Source: Clostridia bacterium (GTDB lineage: Bacteria > Bacillota > Clostridia > Oscillospirales > Acutalibacteraceae). Taken from it: a stretch of 34,777 nt of DNA. Below the pieces are notes generated by a model. It saw nothing but the letters and a program-made list of their open reading frames with translations, was not told the DNA's origin and did no database searches. The DNA lies in NCBI GenBank assembly GCA_017442445.1, contig JAFRZS010000042.1:1-34777 (forward strand), in the 5' to 3' direction. How positions within the stretch are numbered: position 1 is the first letter of the stretch; each line of letters starts with the position of its first letter. Shown in pieces: positions 7,448-16,320 of the stretch. The position numbers and the translations under genes are program-made.

Positions 7448-8101
7448 ATGAATTTTTTTAAATTATTATATACAGGCGTTCTGTTTCTGATTTTTGCGAT
7501 GGTTTTATTTGGCTGTGGGGATAGTGTTGTTGATGCAGTGATTATAACAAAGAATACAACAGCAGAAACAATAACTGAAAAAGAAAGTTCAACAACAAAT
7601 ATTGAGGAAAGCACAGAAATAACAACAAAGCAAGAAACAACAAAAGATGAAACAAGCACAAAAAAGCAGAATATAACAACAACTGAAAAACAGACAACAG
7701 CACAGAAGGAAACTACACAGACAACTGCAAAGGAAGAATCGAATAGCGAAATTAAAAAGAAAGAAGATTTGTTGGAAATTTTAAAATCGGAAAAAGTTTC
7801 GCTTGAACAAGAACTCAGCAGTGCTGAAAAAAGTGTAACAAGAGTGGAAGATTATCTTAATGAATATCAGGGTAAGCTTGAAACACTTAATAAGGATTTA
7901 GCAAAGATCAGAGAGAGTGGCGATGAAGAACAGATAAATTATCTGACAAATGAAATAGCGAAATGTACAACAGCTATCGCAAAATATATGTCGGATTATA
8001 ATAAAGCTGTCAATTACAAAAATTCAAGAGTAGCGATGCTTGAAGCGGTTGAAAAAAGAATTACCGAAACAGAAAAAGAATTAATCGAATTGAAAAAATA
8101 G
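7448..8101 (+). CDS. probable lipoprotein with Thr/Glu/Lys-rich low-complexity linker and C-terminal coiled coil
   Basis: Signal peptide MNFFKLLYTGVLFLIFAMVLFG|C with a lipobox-like LFGC. GAGGTG RBS precedes ATG 7448. A T/E/K/Q-rich tract is followed by a heptad-like helical region (LEQELSSAEKSVTRVEDYLNEYQGKLETLNKDLAKI...). Confidence 0.8.
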   Translation: MNFFKLLYTGVLFLIFAMVLFGCGDSVVDAVIITKNTTAETITEKESSTTNIEESTEITTKQETTKDETSTKKQNITTTEKQTTAQKETTQTTAKEESNSEIKKKEDLLEILKSEKVSLEQELSSAEKSVTRVEDYLNEYQGKLETLNKDLAKIRESGDEEQINYLTNEIAKCTTAIAKYMSDYNKAVNYKNSRVAMLEAVEKRITETEKELIELKK

Positions 8102-8125
8102 TTGTATATGCAGAAATTTTTTTAA

Positions 8126-8152
8126 AGGACAGGGAAACCTGTCCTTTTTTTA
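8126..8152 (+). terminator. rho-independent terminator
   Basis: AGGACAGG GAAA CCTGTCCT hairpin followed by a T-run. Confidence 0.8.
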
Positions 8153-8153
8153 T

Positions 8154-8182
8154 TTGACGGATAGAAAAATATTTGATATAAT
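8154..8182 (+). promoter_or_regulatory. sigmaA promoter for the NSS transporter gene
   Basis: TTGACG (8154-8159), 17-nt spacer, TGa-TATAAT extended -10 (8174-8182). Confidence 0.6.
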
Positions 8183-8212
8183 TTCAGCAGTTTATTTTTA
8201 GGAGAGTTTAAT

Positions 8213-9610
8213 ATGGCGAGAGAACGATTGGGTAGCAGATTAGGTTTTATATTGCTCAGCGCAGGTTGTGCAATAGGCGTCGGAAACGTCTGGAAATTTC
8301 CGTGGATGGCAGGTCAGTACGGCGGAGGAGTATTTGTACTGATTTACCTCGCTTTTCTTATCTTGTTGGGATTGCCTGTTATGGTTATGGAATTTTCACT
8401 CGGCAGAGCAAGTCAGAAAAGTCCCGCAAAGATTTATCAACAGCTTGAAAAACCAGGTCAGAAATGGCACTTGCACGGTTATGCCGCATTAGCGGGTCTT
8501 GTAATACTCATGATGTTTTATACATCGGTCACAGGTTGGATTTTATATTACTTTGTAAAATTTATAAAGGGCGATATGACAGGCATAACGGATATTGCCT
8601 CAAATCAACAGTTTGGTGAAATGCTTTCAAGCCCGACAATAACCGTAGGCTTTATGGCAATAGTCGTTGTCCTCGGATTTTTCATTCTTTCCTTCGGTTT
8701 GCAGAAAGGTGTTGAAAGAGTTACAAAATATATGATGATAGCGCTTTTGTTGCTTATCATTGTATTGGCTATTAACAGCTTCACTCTTGACGGGGCAAAA
8801 GCCGGACTTACATTTTATCTCAAACCTGATTTTTCAAAGATTAACGGTAATGTCATCGTGGGTGCGATGAATCAGGCGTTCTTCACTCTGAGTCTTGGTA
8901 TCGGTTCAATGGCAATCTTCGGAAGCTATATCGACAAGGAACGTTCTTTGCTCGGCGAGTCAATGAACATTTTACTCCTTGATACATTTGTTGCTATTAT
9001 GGCGGGACTTATCATTTTCCCTGCGTGCTTCACATTTGATGTTGAGCCGGGTGCAGGTCCGAGCTTGTTGTTTGTAGCGATGGCAAAGGTATTCAACAGT
9101 ATGAACGGCGGAAGAATCTGGGGTTCACTTTTCTTCCTCTTCATGTTCTTTGCGGCTATGTCAACAATTATCGCAGTTGCAGAAAACATTATCGCTTGTG
9201 TAATGGATCTGACAAACTGGTCAAGAGTAAAAGCTTGTATAATCTGCGGAATAGCGGTTCTGATTTTATCAGTACCCTGCGCACTTGGTTTCAACCTCTG
9301 GTCATCGGTTCAACCGTTTGCTTCAGGCTCATCAATCATGGATGTTGAGGACTTTATCGTAAGTAACTGTCTGTTACCTCTCGGTTCGCTTTGTTACCTT
9401 CTTTTCTGCGTAACGAAAAAAGGTTGGGGCTTTGATAATTTCATGGCAGAAGCAAATTCAGGTAAGGGCATGAAAATCAAAAAATGGATGAAACCTTACA
9501 TGACTTATGTTTTACCTGTTGCAATCGGCGGATTATTTATAATCGGAATACTCAATTATCAGTTTGCCGACAACTTCACAATTCTTTCGTGGCTTAAAAG
9601 TTTAGTTTAA
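8213..9610 (+). CDS. sodium-dependent transporter, neurotransmitter:sodium symporter (NSS/SNF) family
   Basis: N-terminal family signature GFILLSAGCAIGVGNVWKFPWMAGQYGGG. About 11-12 hydrophobic spans. GGAGAG RBS. Confidence 0.92.
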   Translation: MARERLGSRLGFILLSAGCAIGVGNVWKFPWMAGQYGGGVFVLIYLAFLILLGLPVMVMEFSLGRASQKSPAKIYQQLEKPGQKWHLHGYAALAGLVILMMFYTSVTGWILYYFVKFIKGDMTGITDIASNQQFGEMLSSPTITVGFMAIVVVLGFFILSFGLQKGVERVTKYMMIALLLLIIVLAINSFTLDGAKAGLTFYLKPDFSKINGNVIVGAMNQAFFTLSLGIGSMAIFGSYIDKERSLLGESMNILLLDTFVAIMAGLIIFPACFTFDVEPGAGPSLLFVAMAKVFNSMNGGRIWGSLFFLFMFFAAMSTIIAVAENIIACVMDLTNWSRVKACIICGIAVLILSVPCALGFNLWSSVQPFASGSSIMDVEDFIVSNCLLPLGSLCYLLFCVTKKGWGFDNFMAEANSGKGMKIKKWMKPYMTYVLPVAIGGLFIIGILNYQFADNFTILSWLKSLV

Positions 9611-9616
9611 AAAAAT

Positions 9617-9649
9617 ATCAGCCGACACAGAATTTCTGTGTCGGCTGAT
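9617..9649. terminator. bidirectional terminator between convergent genes
   Basis: 14-bp perfect stem ATCAGCCGACACAG / CTGTGTCGGCTGAT with a 5-nt loop. An A-run lies upstream and T-rich sequence downstream. Confidence 0.8.
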
Positions 9650-9665
9650 TTGCTTATAAGGTATT

Positions 9666-12395
9666 TTAATAGTTGAAAACTTTTGAACCGCTTGTTACTG
9701 ACTGGTCAATATATGCTTCGTAGTTAGTAACTGCGCTTATGGACTCTTCATCCATTATATCAACAACACCGTCGCCGTTTACATCAGCTGCCATGAACAA
9801 ATACTCATAATCAAAATAATCGAATATTTCAAAGTTGGCAATCGCTGAGAAATAGGTTGTATCTTCTGTATCAACTATGCCGTCGCCGTTATAGTCACCG
9901 AAGATAACTATTGTGTATTCAGCGATAACTTTTTGTGTTGCTGTGTTTGTTACAGTCACTACTGTACCTGTACCGATAACATCGTTACTGAAGCTTACCT
10001 CAGCAGAGCCTACTGTTTTGATGTAATTCATAATTGTTGTCTTATCAAGACCTTCGCTGAGACCGTAGATAAGATTCTTTTCGTTATCAATTGTAGTTGC
10101 AACACCGTCTTCAACCTCAACTGAAGCCACGCTTAATTCGTTTACACTTTCGGGCATATTGCTTGAGTAATTTCCGGGTGTGTAATTAGCATTGATTTCG
10201 GATCTTGAGAGAATGACCTGAGGAGAACCTGATGTATCACCAAGACCTACATTTCCGTTTTCGGGAGTAAATCTGATTTCGTCAAGATTGACTATTGCGC
10301 CGCCTGCTGACTGTGAGAAGTTGAATTTAATTTCTCGGACATCCTCTAACTTACTGTTGTTATAAGTTGAACCGCTTGTCTTTCCGTTTTTAAAGAGTGT
10401 GTTAAGGTCAAAAGTGATAGTAACCCAGGGGCAATTTTCAGGAACAGTAATTCCTGTCTTTCCTGTTGCGGTACAAGCGGGAGAATAGTAGGTTTCTAAA
10501 ATTGTATCGCCAACATAGAAATCAATACTTTCAATTCTGAATGAAACGGGAAGACCGTTGCTGATATGGAAAGTCATTGTACTGTAATCGCTGTAATCCG
10601 TATCAATTTCCGCAAAGGGCACATCTTCGTCGCCATCATCAAATGTAAGAACAGGCTCGATAGAAAATTCTTTTCTTGTTGTGAAAATCTGAAGTCCGAA
10701 ATCACCGCTGTAAGCTGCTTCCTCTTTAAATGAAGTGTCAGCGCCTGACCAAGTGTAATAAAACAATGCGTCACCGTCAGTGTCACCGTAGTTATGGAAT
10801 GTTGTACCTTCCTCACAGTCTAACCATTCCTTATCTCTCCAGAAATGAGGACTGTCGATATATTTAAGGAAGAACGGACAAACAGGCATCAGAAGCTTGT
10901 TGTCTTTGGTTGAATATAGGTTTGCGTTCACGTTATTTGTGCTGTATGCATAGGCTGCTGAAACAGGTGCTGTAACACCCTTAGCCCATACTCTGACGGT
11001 GTTTTTATTAACTATTTCTGCTTCAGCAGGAACATAAACACCGTTTGCGGCACAGATTGAAAATCCGTTGATAAGTGTAGAAGGTGATGAAAGACCGCTA
11101 CCTACATTCTCATCAAAAGTGATATAAATATCTGAACCTGAAACTTGATAGCTTTCGGGCTGTGCAATAGATGTCGGACCGTTACCGCCGTAAACAAGAC
11201 CTTCTGTACACTCTGCCATTCTTACACCGATTTCCTGCTTGGTTTTAGGATGAATGAATCCCATATCGGGCAGATATGATAAGTTAACATCATAGTTGCT
11301 GACAACAGCTCTTTTGTCGGGTTCATGGTCAACAAAGTTTGCAAGAGCATTGTTCCACATAGCAAACTCAAGACCTGTAGTAGAATATTTAAAGGGAGCG
11401 AGTTGAGTGCACACCAAAGGCATAAGCTCGTTTTCGTAGCCGAAAAGCTCACTGTAGGAACGCTGTAACAAATCAAGCTGTTCTGCGTACTGCTTCGGAG
11501 TTGTTTTATTGAAAAGATCTGATTCGCCCTGATACCAGATCATACCTGCAGGTCTGAAATGTCTTGTCGGATAAATCTTTACATTGTAGTTGGAAGTCAT
11601 ATTCTGGTAACGGTTAGGAGTAGTTGTGCTCCATGCAGCTTCAGTGATATAAGTTCCTTTAGAAGTATATGTAGATTTAACATTAGGACATCTGTCAATA
11701 GCATCTCTTGAGAGCCATGAATTGATTGTTGAACCGCCGAGTGCATTGTGCATAATACCTACGGGCATATCAAGCTTTTTCTGAAGCTTCTCTGCGAAGA
11801 AATATGCAACAGCACTCAGGCTGTAGATTTTTTCATGTTCGCCGGTAACCCACTGAGTACCTTGAATATCATTCTGCGGATTGAGAGGAGTAGCATCTGC
11901 TGAGCCGTTATATTTAGGTGTGCCGGGAACTATTAAAGCTCTGATCCATTTGGAGAGCTTCTGACCTGCCTCATACATTTTAGAGCCGGTAGCTTCCTGC
12001 TTTAATGTATATGCCATGTTACTCTGACCGCTTGCAAGCCACAATTCGCCGAATACAACTTTTTCAAGTCGGCTGAACTCTGTACCGTCAACTGAAAGAA
12101 CAACGGTGTATTCTTCATAGCTTCCTGCGGGTGCGGGGAAATAAACTTCAAACAAACCGTTTTTTGCATACGAGGAGTATTTTCTTACGAGAGTGTTTGC
12201 AGAATCATAAAGTTCTGCAGTGATTTTTGCTCCTGTTGTTGCTGTACCTGCAAAAATCGCTTTTTCATTTTGCTGGAACAGCATTGAGTCTCCGTATATT
12301 CCGTAAAGCGATGCGCTTGAGGCTGCATAAGCCATAGGAATAATGCTGAGAGTAAGGACAATGCTTAAAAGAATTGAAATTGCTTTTTTGAACAT
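9666..12395 (-). CDS. secreted multidomain carbohydrate O-acetylesterase (SASA / sialate-O-acetylesterase-like domain) with C-terminal dockerin
   Basis: Signal peptide MFKKAISILLSIVLTLSIIPMAYA|AS. SASA-family blocks LASGQSNM and IWYQGESD. Long beta-rich middle region. Two dockerin Ca loops at the C-terminus. AAGGAGG RBS. Confidence 0.9.
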   Translation of the reverse strand: MFKKAISILLSIVLTLSIIPMAYAASSASLYGIYGDSMLFQQNEKAIFAGTATTGAKITAELYDSANTLVRKYSSYAKNGLFEVYFPAPAGSYEEYTVVLSVDGTEFSRLEKVVFGELWLASGQSNMAYTLKQEATGSKMYEAGQKLSKWIRALIVPGTPKYNGSADATPLNPQNDIQGTQWVTGEHEKIYSLSAVAYFFAEKLQKKLDMPVGIMHNALGGSTINSWLSRDAIDRCPNVKSTYTSKGTYITEAAWSTTTPNRYQNMTSNYNVKIYPTRHFRPAGMIWYQGESDLFNKTTPKQYAEQLDLLQRSYSELFGYENELMPLVCTQLAPFKYSTTGLEFAMWNNALANFVDHEPDKRAVVSNYDVNLSYLPDMGFIHPKTKQEIGVRMAECTEGLVYGGNGPTSIAQPESYQVSGSDIYITFDENVGSGLSSPSTLINGFSICAANGVYVPAEAEIVNKNTVRVWAKGVTAPVSAAYAYSTNNVNANLYSTKDNKLLMPVCPFFLKYIDSPHFWRDKEWLDCEEGTTFHNYGDTDGDALFYYTWSGADTSFKEEAAYSGDFGLQIFTTRKEFSIEPVLTFDDGDEDVPFAEIDTDYSDYSTMTFHISNGLPVSFRIESIDFYVGDTILETYYSPACTATGKTGITVPENCPWVTITFDLNTLFKNGKTSGSTYNNSKLEDVREIKFNFSQSAGGAIVNLDEIRFTPENGNVGLGDTSGSPQVILSRSEINANYTPGNYSSNMPESVNELSVASVEVEDGVATTIDNEKNLIYGLSEGLDKTTIMNYIKTVGSAEVSFSNDVIGTGTVVTVTNTATQKVIAEYTIVIFGDYNGDGIVDTEDTTYFSAIANFEIFDYFDYEYLFMAADVNGDGVVDIMDEESISAVTNYEAYIDQSVTSGSKVFNY
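9690..9899 (-). other. dockerin module (two EF-hand-like repeats) of the esterase
   Basis: GDYNGDGIVDTEDT ... DVNGDGVVDIMDEE, two DxNxDGxxDxxD loops about 38 residues apart within the last 77 residues. Confidence 0.8.
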
Positions 12396-12423
12396 CTTAA
12401 AACCTCCTTTAATTTATGAATTT

Positions 12424-12453
12424 ATTCTATCACTGTATATAGTATTATGTCAA
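12424..12453 (-). promoter_or_regulatory. sigmaA promoter for the esterase gene
   Basis: On the minus strand: TTGACA (12453-12448), 18-nt spacer ending in TGa, TAGAAT (12429-12424). Confidence 0.55.
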
Positions 12454-12479
12454 CATTTTCAAAAAATAAATTAAAAAAG

Positions 12480-12508
12480 TTGACTAAAAAATTTTTTGGT
12501 GTTATCCT
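12480..12508 (+). promoter_or_regulatory. sigmaA promoter for the GH2 gene
   Basis: TTGACT (12480-12485), 17-nt spacer, TGt-TATCCT (12500-12508). Confidence 0.45.
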
Positions 12509-12538
12509 ATAAAAAACGTCTCAAGGAGGTCAATTTCT

Positions 12539-14257
12539 ATGCTTAAAAATTATGATGAAATAAGAAAGCCTTTTGATTTGAACGGAGATTGGTTGCTTAG
12601 CGAAGATAAAGCAGAGAATGCACCGTATTTTCAAAATATCGGAAACCTTGAAAGCTGGAGGAAAATTTCAGTGCCTTCAGATATTTCAATCTGTTTTCCG
12701 GAAAGACCGTATAACACAGGTGTTTTCTGGTACAGAAAAACTTTCACTCTCGATAACACTTATGCTTCAAGCAGAATTATACTTCATTTTGATGCTGTAA
12801 ATTATTGTGCACATATTTATGTAAACGGAAAATATATCGGTGTAAATGAGCAGGGATTTTTGCCGTTTGATATGGATATTTCTGATGCTGTTTTTCTTGG
12901 TGAAGAAAACGAGCTTTTGGTACGCGTTGATATGAGAAGAAAACAGGGAGAGCTTCCCACTTCTTTTTATTGGAAAAACTATGGTGGCATTCTTCGAGAT
13001 GTCTGTATTTACGCAACAGCAAATTCTTATATTGATAAAGCTTATGTTGAAGCACACTTTGACGGTACGGCAATTTTTGATACAAAGATTGTTTTGAACG
13101 GTGAAAATTTAACACAGAAGATTGTTATAAAAGATGCAGATGAAAATGTGATATTTGAAACAGAAAATAAAGCAGAAGCAGAAAACAAAATTGAAACAAA
13201 AGCAGAAATCATAAATTGGAGTGTTGAAAATCCCGTTCTGTACACAGCGGAAATTTCTCTTTATAAAAACGGAGAAATCATTGATAAAAAAACTGTAACT
13301 TTCGGTTACCGCGATATTGAAATTATTGACGGCAAAATCTGTCTTAATAAAAAAGAAATTTTCTTAAAAGGTTTTAACCGCCACGAAGACCATATAAAAT
13401 CAGGCGGCGCAGCTTGTGAGGAAGTTGTAAAATCTGATTTTAAAATGATAAAAGAAACTGGTGCGAATTTCATCAGAATGTGCCATTACCCGCACGATGA
13501 AAGGGAGCTTGACGAAGCGGACAGACTCGGACTTTTACTCTTGGTTGAAATTCCTCTTTGTGCTTATATGACAGACTGCTTCGGCATTGAAAATCCCGAA
13601 GACCCTCGTCATAATGAGGTGGTTTACAGAAACGCAAGAGAAGTTCTCACAAGAATGATAGAACGCGACCGCAATCACCCGTCAGTAATTATTTGGTCGG
13701 TAAGTAATGAAAATAATGAGCCTGGATATGATGAGGTGCTTGATAATCATAAGGCACTCATAGAACTTGCTCACAAGCTTGATAATACACGACTTGCAAC
13801 CCATGTTTCTATGTTCTCAAGAAACGGCAAAAAGGATACCTTCTTTATATATGATGATGTTATCTGTGTTAATACTTATGTTTCTTTACTCGGCAGAAAA
13901 ACAAAACGAAATGCAAACTATGATTTCAAAAAATCACATCAGATGTTAAAGGAAACTATAATAGGACTTAAAACAGCTTATCCCGGAAAGCCTGTTGTGA
14001 TTTCTGAATTCGGATACAATACAGGTATTGCATTTGATTCGACCGAGGACGAGAAAATTCAGGCTGAAGCGGTGAAAACTGAATACCTTGCGATAAAAGA
14101 ATTTGCCGAGGGAGCAAGTGTCTGGCTTTTTGCAGATCATCAATGGGTTGATGCAAAGCAAATTCCCGGAACACTCAGTACATACGGCTTATTGAACCGT
14201 GACAGAAGCAAAAAAGAAGCGTTTGATGTATATGCTCAATTGCTGAAACAAGACTGA
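12539..14257 (+). CDS. glycoside hydrolase family 2, beta-glucuronidase-like architecture, specificity uncertain
   Basis: GH2 blocks: LNGDWLL, FWYRKTF, AVNYCAHIYVNGKYIG, FNRHEDH, acid/base WSVSNE and nucleophile ISEFG. AAGGAGG RBS. No signal peptide. Confidence 0.9.
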   Translation: MLKNYDEIRKPFDLNGDWLLSEDKAENAPYFQNIGNLESWRKISVPSDISICFPERPYNTGVFWYRKTFTLDNTYASSRIILHFDAVNYCAHIYVNGKYIGVNEQGFLPFDMDISDAVFLGEENELLVRVDMRRKQGELPTSFYWKNYGGILRDVCIYATANSYIDKAYVEAHFDGTAIFDTKIVLNGENLTQKIVIKDADENVIFETENKAEAENKIETKAEIINWSVENPVLYTAEISLYKNGEIIDKKTVTFGYRDIEIIDGKICLNKKEIFLKGFNRHEDHIKSGGAACEEVVKSDFKMIKETGANFIRMCHYPHDERELDEADRLGLLLLVEIPLCAYMTDCFGIENPEDPRHNEVVYRNAREVLTRMIERDRNHPSVIIWSVSNENNEPGYDEVLDNHKALIELAHKLDNTRLATHVSMFSRNGKKDTFFIYDDVICVNTYVSLLGRKTKRNANYDFKKSHQMLKETIIGLKTAYPGKPVVISEFGYNTGIAFDSTEDEKIQAEAVKTEYLAIKEFAEGASVWLFADHQWVDAKQIPGTLSTYGLLNRDRSKKEAFDVYAQLLKQD

Positions 14258-14259
14258 AA

Positions 14260-14298
14260 AAAGACTGTAAAAAAACGAAAGTTTTTTTACAGTCTTTT
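14260..14298. terminator. bidirectional A/T-tract terminator
   Basis: AAAGACTGTAAAAAAAC GAAA GTTTTTTTACAGTCTTT, a 17-bp stem between convergent genes. Confidence 0.8.
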
Positions 14299-14303
14299 TA
14301 ATG

Positions 14304-15386
14304 CTATTTAAGTGTTTCATAAAGCGCTTCGGCAATTTGTTCGCCCCAATAATAAAACTGCTCAACAGTGTAACCGTTTTTTAAATTTCCCGAATAGGGA
14401 GTTTCAATGCATAAGGAGATGTTTGCGTTTCTTTCATACTTGAAAAAGTTTTTTGAATTTTTTGCATCGGGTTTGTTTGCGGGTTCGCCGATGTGAGTAA
14501 CATGATTTTTGAATATTATGTTGTCACCATTGTCAGAAAGTGTGAGGTCGCTTAAAATCTTTGAAAATTTTTCCTGTAAATCGGGAGTAGGTTCAACCGA
14601 CGGACCTAAATGCAGATGCGGTTCGTCATCAAGACCGCCCCAACACCAAGGAGAATGAAAATCAAAGAAAACTGCAATATCCATATTCTTTGTATATTCA
14701 TAAATCGCTTTTGTATAATTGTAAATCGGGGAGTCTGAATAATCTCTGTTGTGGTCGTGAGGTATTCTGTTTTTGCCCTGGTCACCTTCCTCGGCACCGT
14801 CAATATCGGTAAACGGAATTATATGAAATTTGTAATCATCGAGCATAGAACGGTGATTTTTCAGAATAGCTCTTACAACTCCGTCAAGTGTATAAGAGCC
14901 TGATGATTCACAACAATGATGTCTTGCAGTGAAAATTATATTTCGCTTTCCGTTTCCGAATGTAAGAAGCGGCAAATCTCTGCCCTTTTCACTTTTTGTG
15001 AGAACGGTTCTTTTTACATCGTTTTTTATTGTGTCATAAAAGCGTTCAAAATCAGATAAAACATAAGGGATACAAAATGCGAAATATCTGCTTTCGTTTT
15101 CTGAAAAATTATATCTGAAATGTGTGTGGTCTATAAAATTTTCACACCAAGTCCAGTTGATACCGTCTGCACTTGTTGCGGGGCCGTGAGGACAAACAAC
15201 CTTTTTGTTATGAAACGCAAATTCAATTTCACCCTCAGGTGCATCTTCAATTTTAAAGCACCAGTAAAACCACCAGGGGTCAGTATCTCTTATTTCCTGT
15301 TCAAGATTTATTATTATTTTTTTGTCATCATATTCCGCGGAAATAAATTTACAATTACCGCCGGGGAAATCACTTATAATTCTCAT
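14304..15386 (-). CDS. M14 family zinc carboxypeptidase-like protein with N-terminal extra domain, cytoplasmic
   Basis: HxxE zinc motif (RHHCCES), substrate-binding NR motif (HDHNRDY), third zinc ligand region (FFDFHSP). About 150 residues precede the HxxE motif, as in cytosolic-carboxypeptidase-like M14 members. GGAGGTG RBS. No signal peptide. Confidence 0.8.
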   Translation of the reverse strand: MRIISDFPGGNCKFISAEYDDKKIIINLEQEIRDTDPWWFYWCFKIEDAPEGEIEFAFHNKKVVCPHGPATSADGINWTWCENFIDHTHFRYNFSENESRYFAFCIPYVLSDFERFYDTIKNDVKRTVLTKSEKGRDLPLLTFGNGKRNIIFTARHHCCESSGSYTLDGVVRAILKNHRSMLDDYKFHIIPFTDIDGAEEGDQGKNRIPHDHNRDYSDSPIYNYTKAIYEYTKNMDIAVFFDFHSPWCWGGLDDEPHLHLGPSVEPTPDLQEKFSKILSDLTLSDNGDNIIFKNHVTHIGEPANKPDAKNSKNFFKYERNANISLCIETPYSGNLKNGYTVEQFYYWGEQIAEALYETLK

Positions 15387-15412
15387 TGACAGACACCTCC
15401 GAATATATAGTA

Positions 15413-15444
15413 ATTATAACATAAAATAAAAATATTTAAAGCGC
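15413..15444 (-). promoter_or_regulatory. possible promoter for the M14 gene
   Basis: On the minus strand: TGt-TATAAT extended -10 (15421-15413). The -35 is weak (CTTTAA). Confidence 0.4.
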
Positions 15445-15473
15445 TTGACCGTGATAATTTATTGTGATATACT
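15445..15473 (+). promoter_or_regulatory. sigmaA promoter for the SGNH gene
   Basis: TTGACC (15445-15450), 17-nt spacer, TGa-TATACT (15465-15473). The track GTG start at 15464 lies inside this promoter. Confidence 0.55.
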
Positions 15474-15493
15474 CACCGAAAAGGTGGTGGATA

Positions 15494-16141
15494 ATGATGA
15501 ATAATAATCATTGGAACGAAAAAACATGGTATGTATACGGTACTTCAATGTCAAATCCCGATTGGGGCGGATATGTTGAAACGGTTGAAAAGCTTTCGGG
15601 ACTCAAAGTTGTTAATAATTCAATTCCCGGCGGCTCGATAACACCGAGCGGTTACGGCAAAGGTAATTTGAAACCCAGAATTATGAACATGGATGACGGC
15701 AAAGAAAATGCTGATTTGATAACACTCGAATTACTCCCCAACGAGGGTGCTCCCGTCGGTGATATTTATGCCGAAGATAACGAATCATTCTGCGGCTGCT
15801 TTAATCAGTGCATAAGATATTTGCAGAAAAACACAAACGCACAGATTGTTGTAATCATTATGATAGGCGGCAATCAGCAACGTCCCGAAATTCCCTACAA
15901 CGGTAGAGGAATTACAGAGTTTGAATTTGCGGAAATTATTGAAAGAGTTGCACATTTGAACGGTGTTCCCGTAATAAATGCTTTTGCGGAAAGCGGCTTC
16001 GGTTGGGCAAGAGTTGCTGACAGACATTATCAGGTTGACCAGATTCACTTCAATGAAGTCGGCAGATTGAATATGGGCAAGTTTATCTGGAGTAAGTTAA
16101 AAGACATACCTACATGGGAAACCGAAATAATTGACGATTAA
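15494..16141 (+). CDS. SGNH/GDSL-like hydrolase (esterase), cytoplasmic
   Basis: Block I-like YGTSMS, block II IPGGS, block V DQIHFN (DxxH). AAGGTGGTGG RBS precedes ATG 15494 (or 15497). Confidence 0.7.
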   Translation: MMNNNHWNEKTWYVYGTSMSNPDWGGYVETVEKLSGLKVVNNSIPGGSITPSGYGKGNLKPRIMNMDDGKENADLITLELLPNEGAPVGDIYAEDNESFCGCFNQCIRYLQKNTNAQIVVIIMIGGNQQRPEIPYNGRGITEFEFAEIIERVAHLNGVPVINAFAESGFGWARVADRHYQVDQIHFNEVGRLNMGKFIWSKLKDIPTWETEIIDD

Positions 16142-16320
16142 ACCGCATAATGACTTTTTTTCTCCCTTGACGTACTTTTGTACGCCGTCGGTCGAAGAAA
16201 AAGCCATTCTACAATTTACTCGCCAATTATTTAAAACAGAGGAAGATTAAACCGCACAACGATTTTTTTCTTTGACGGTACTTCGTCTGACAAGAAGTCC
16301 ATTAACAAACAACGCATTTT
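16137..16320. repeat. diverged tandem duplication of the SGNH gene 3' end plus its downstream sequence
   Basis: GATTAAACCGCATAATGACTTTTTTTCTCCCTTGACGTACTT (16137-) versus GATTAAACCGCACAACGATTTTTTTCTTTGACGGTACTT (16246-). Similarity continues more weakly (GAAGAAAAAGCCATTCTACAA versus CAAGAAGTCCATTAACAAA). Confidence 0.45.

Noticed and set aside
7060-7659. Minus-strand ORFs 7060-7275 (71 aa) and 7339-7659 (106 aa)
   Set aside because: They lie antisense to the RBS-supported miniprotein and lipoprotein genes and to the promoters between them. Their translations are low-complexity artefacts of the A/T-rich and ACA-repeat sequence.
7540-7760. Repetitive ACA/GAA-rich DNA considered as a tandem repeat or CRISPR-like array
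   Set aside because: It has no regular unit or spacer periodicity. It is simply the codon-level reflection of the Thr/Glu/Lys-rich linker of the lipoprotein.
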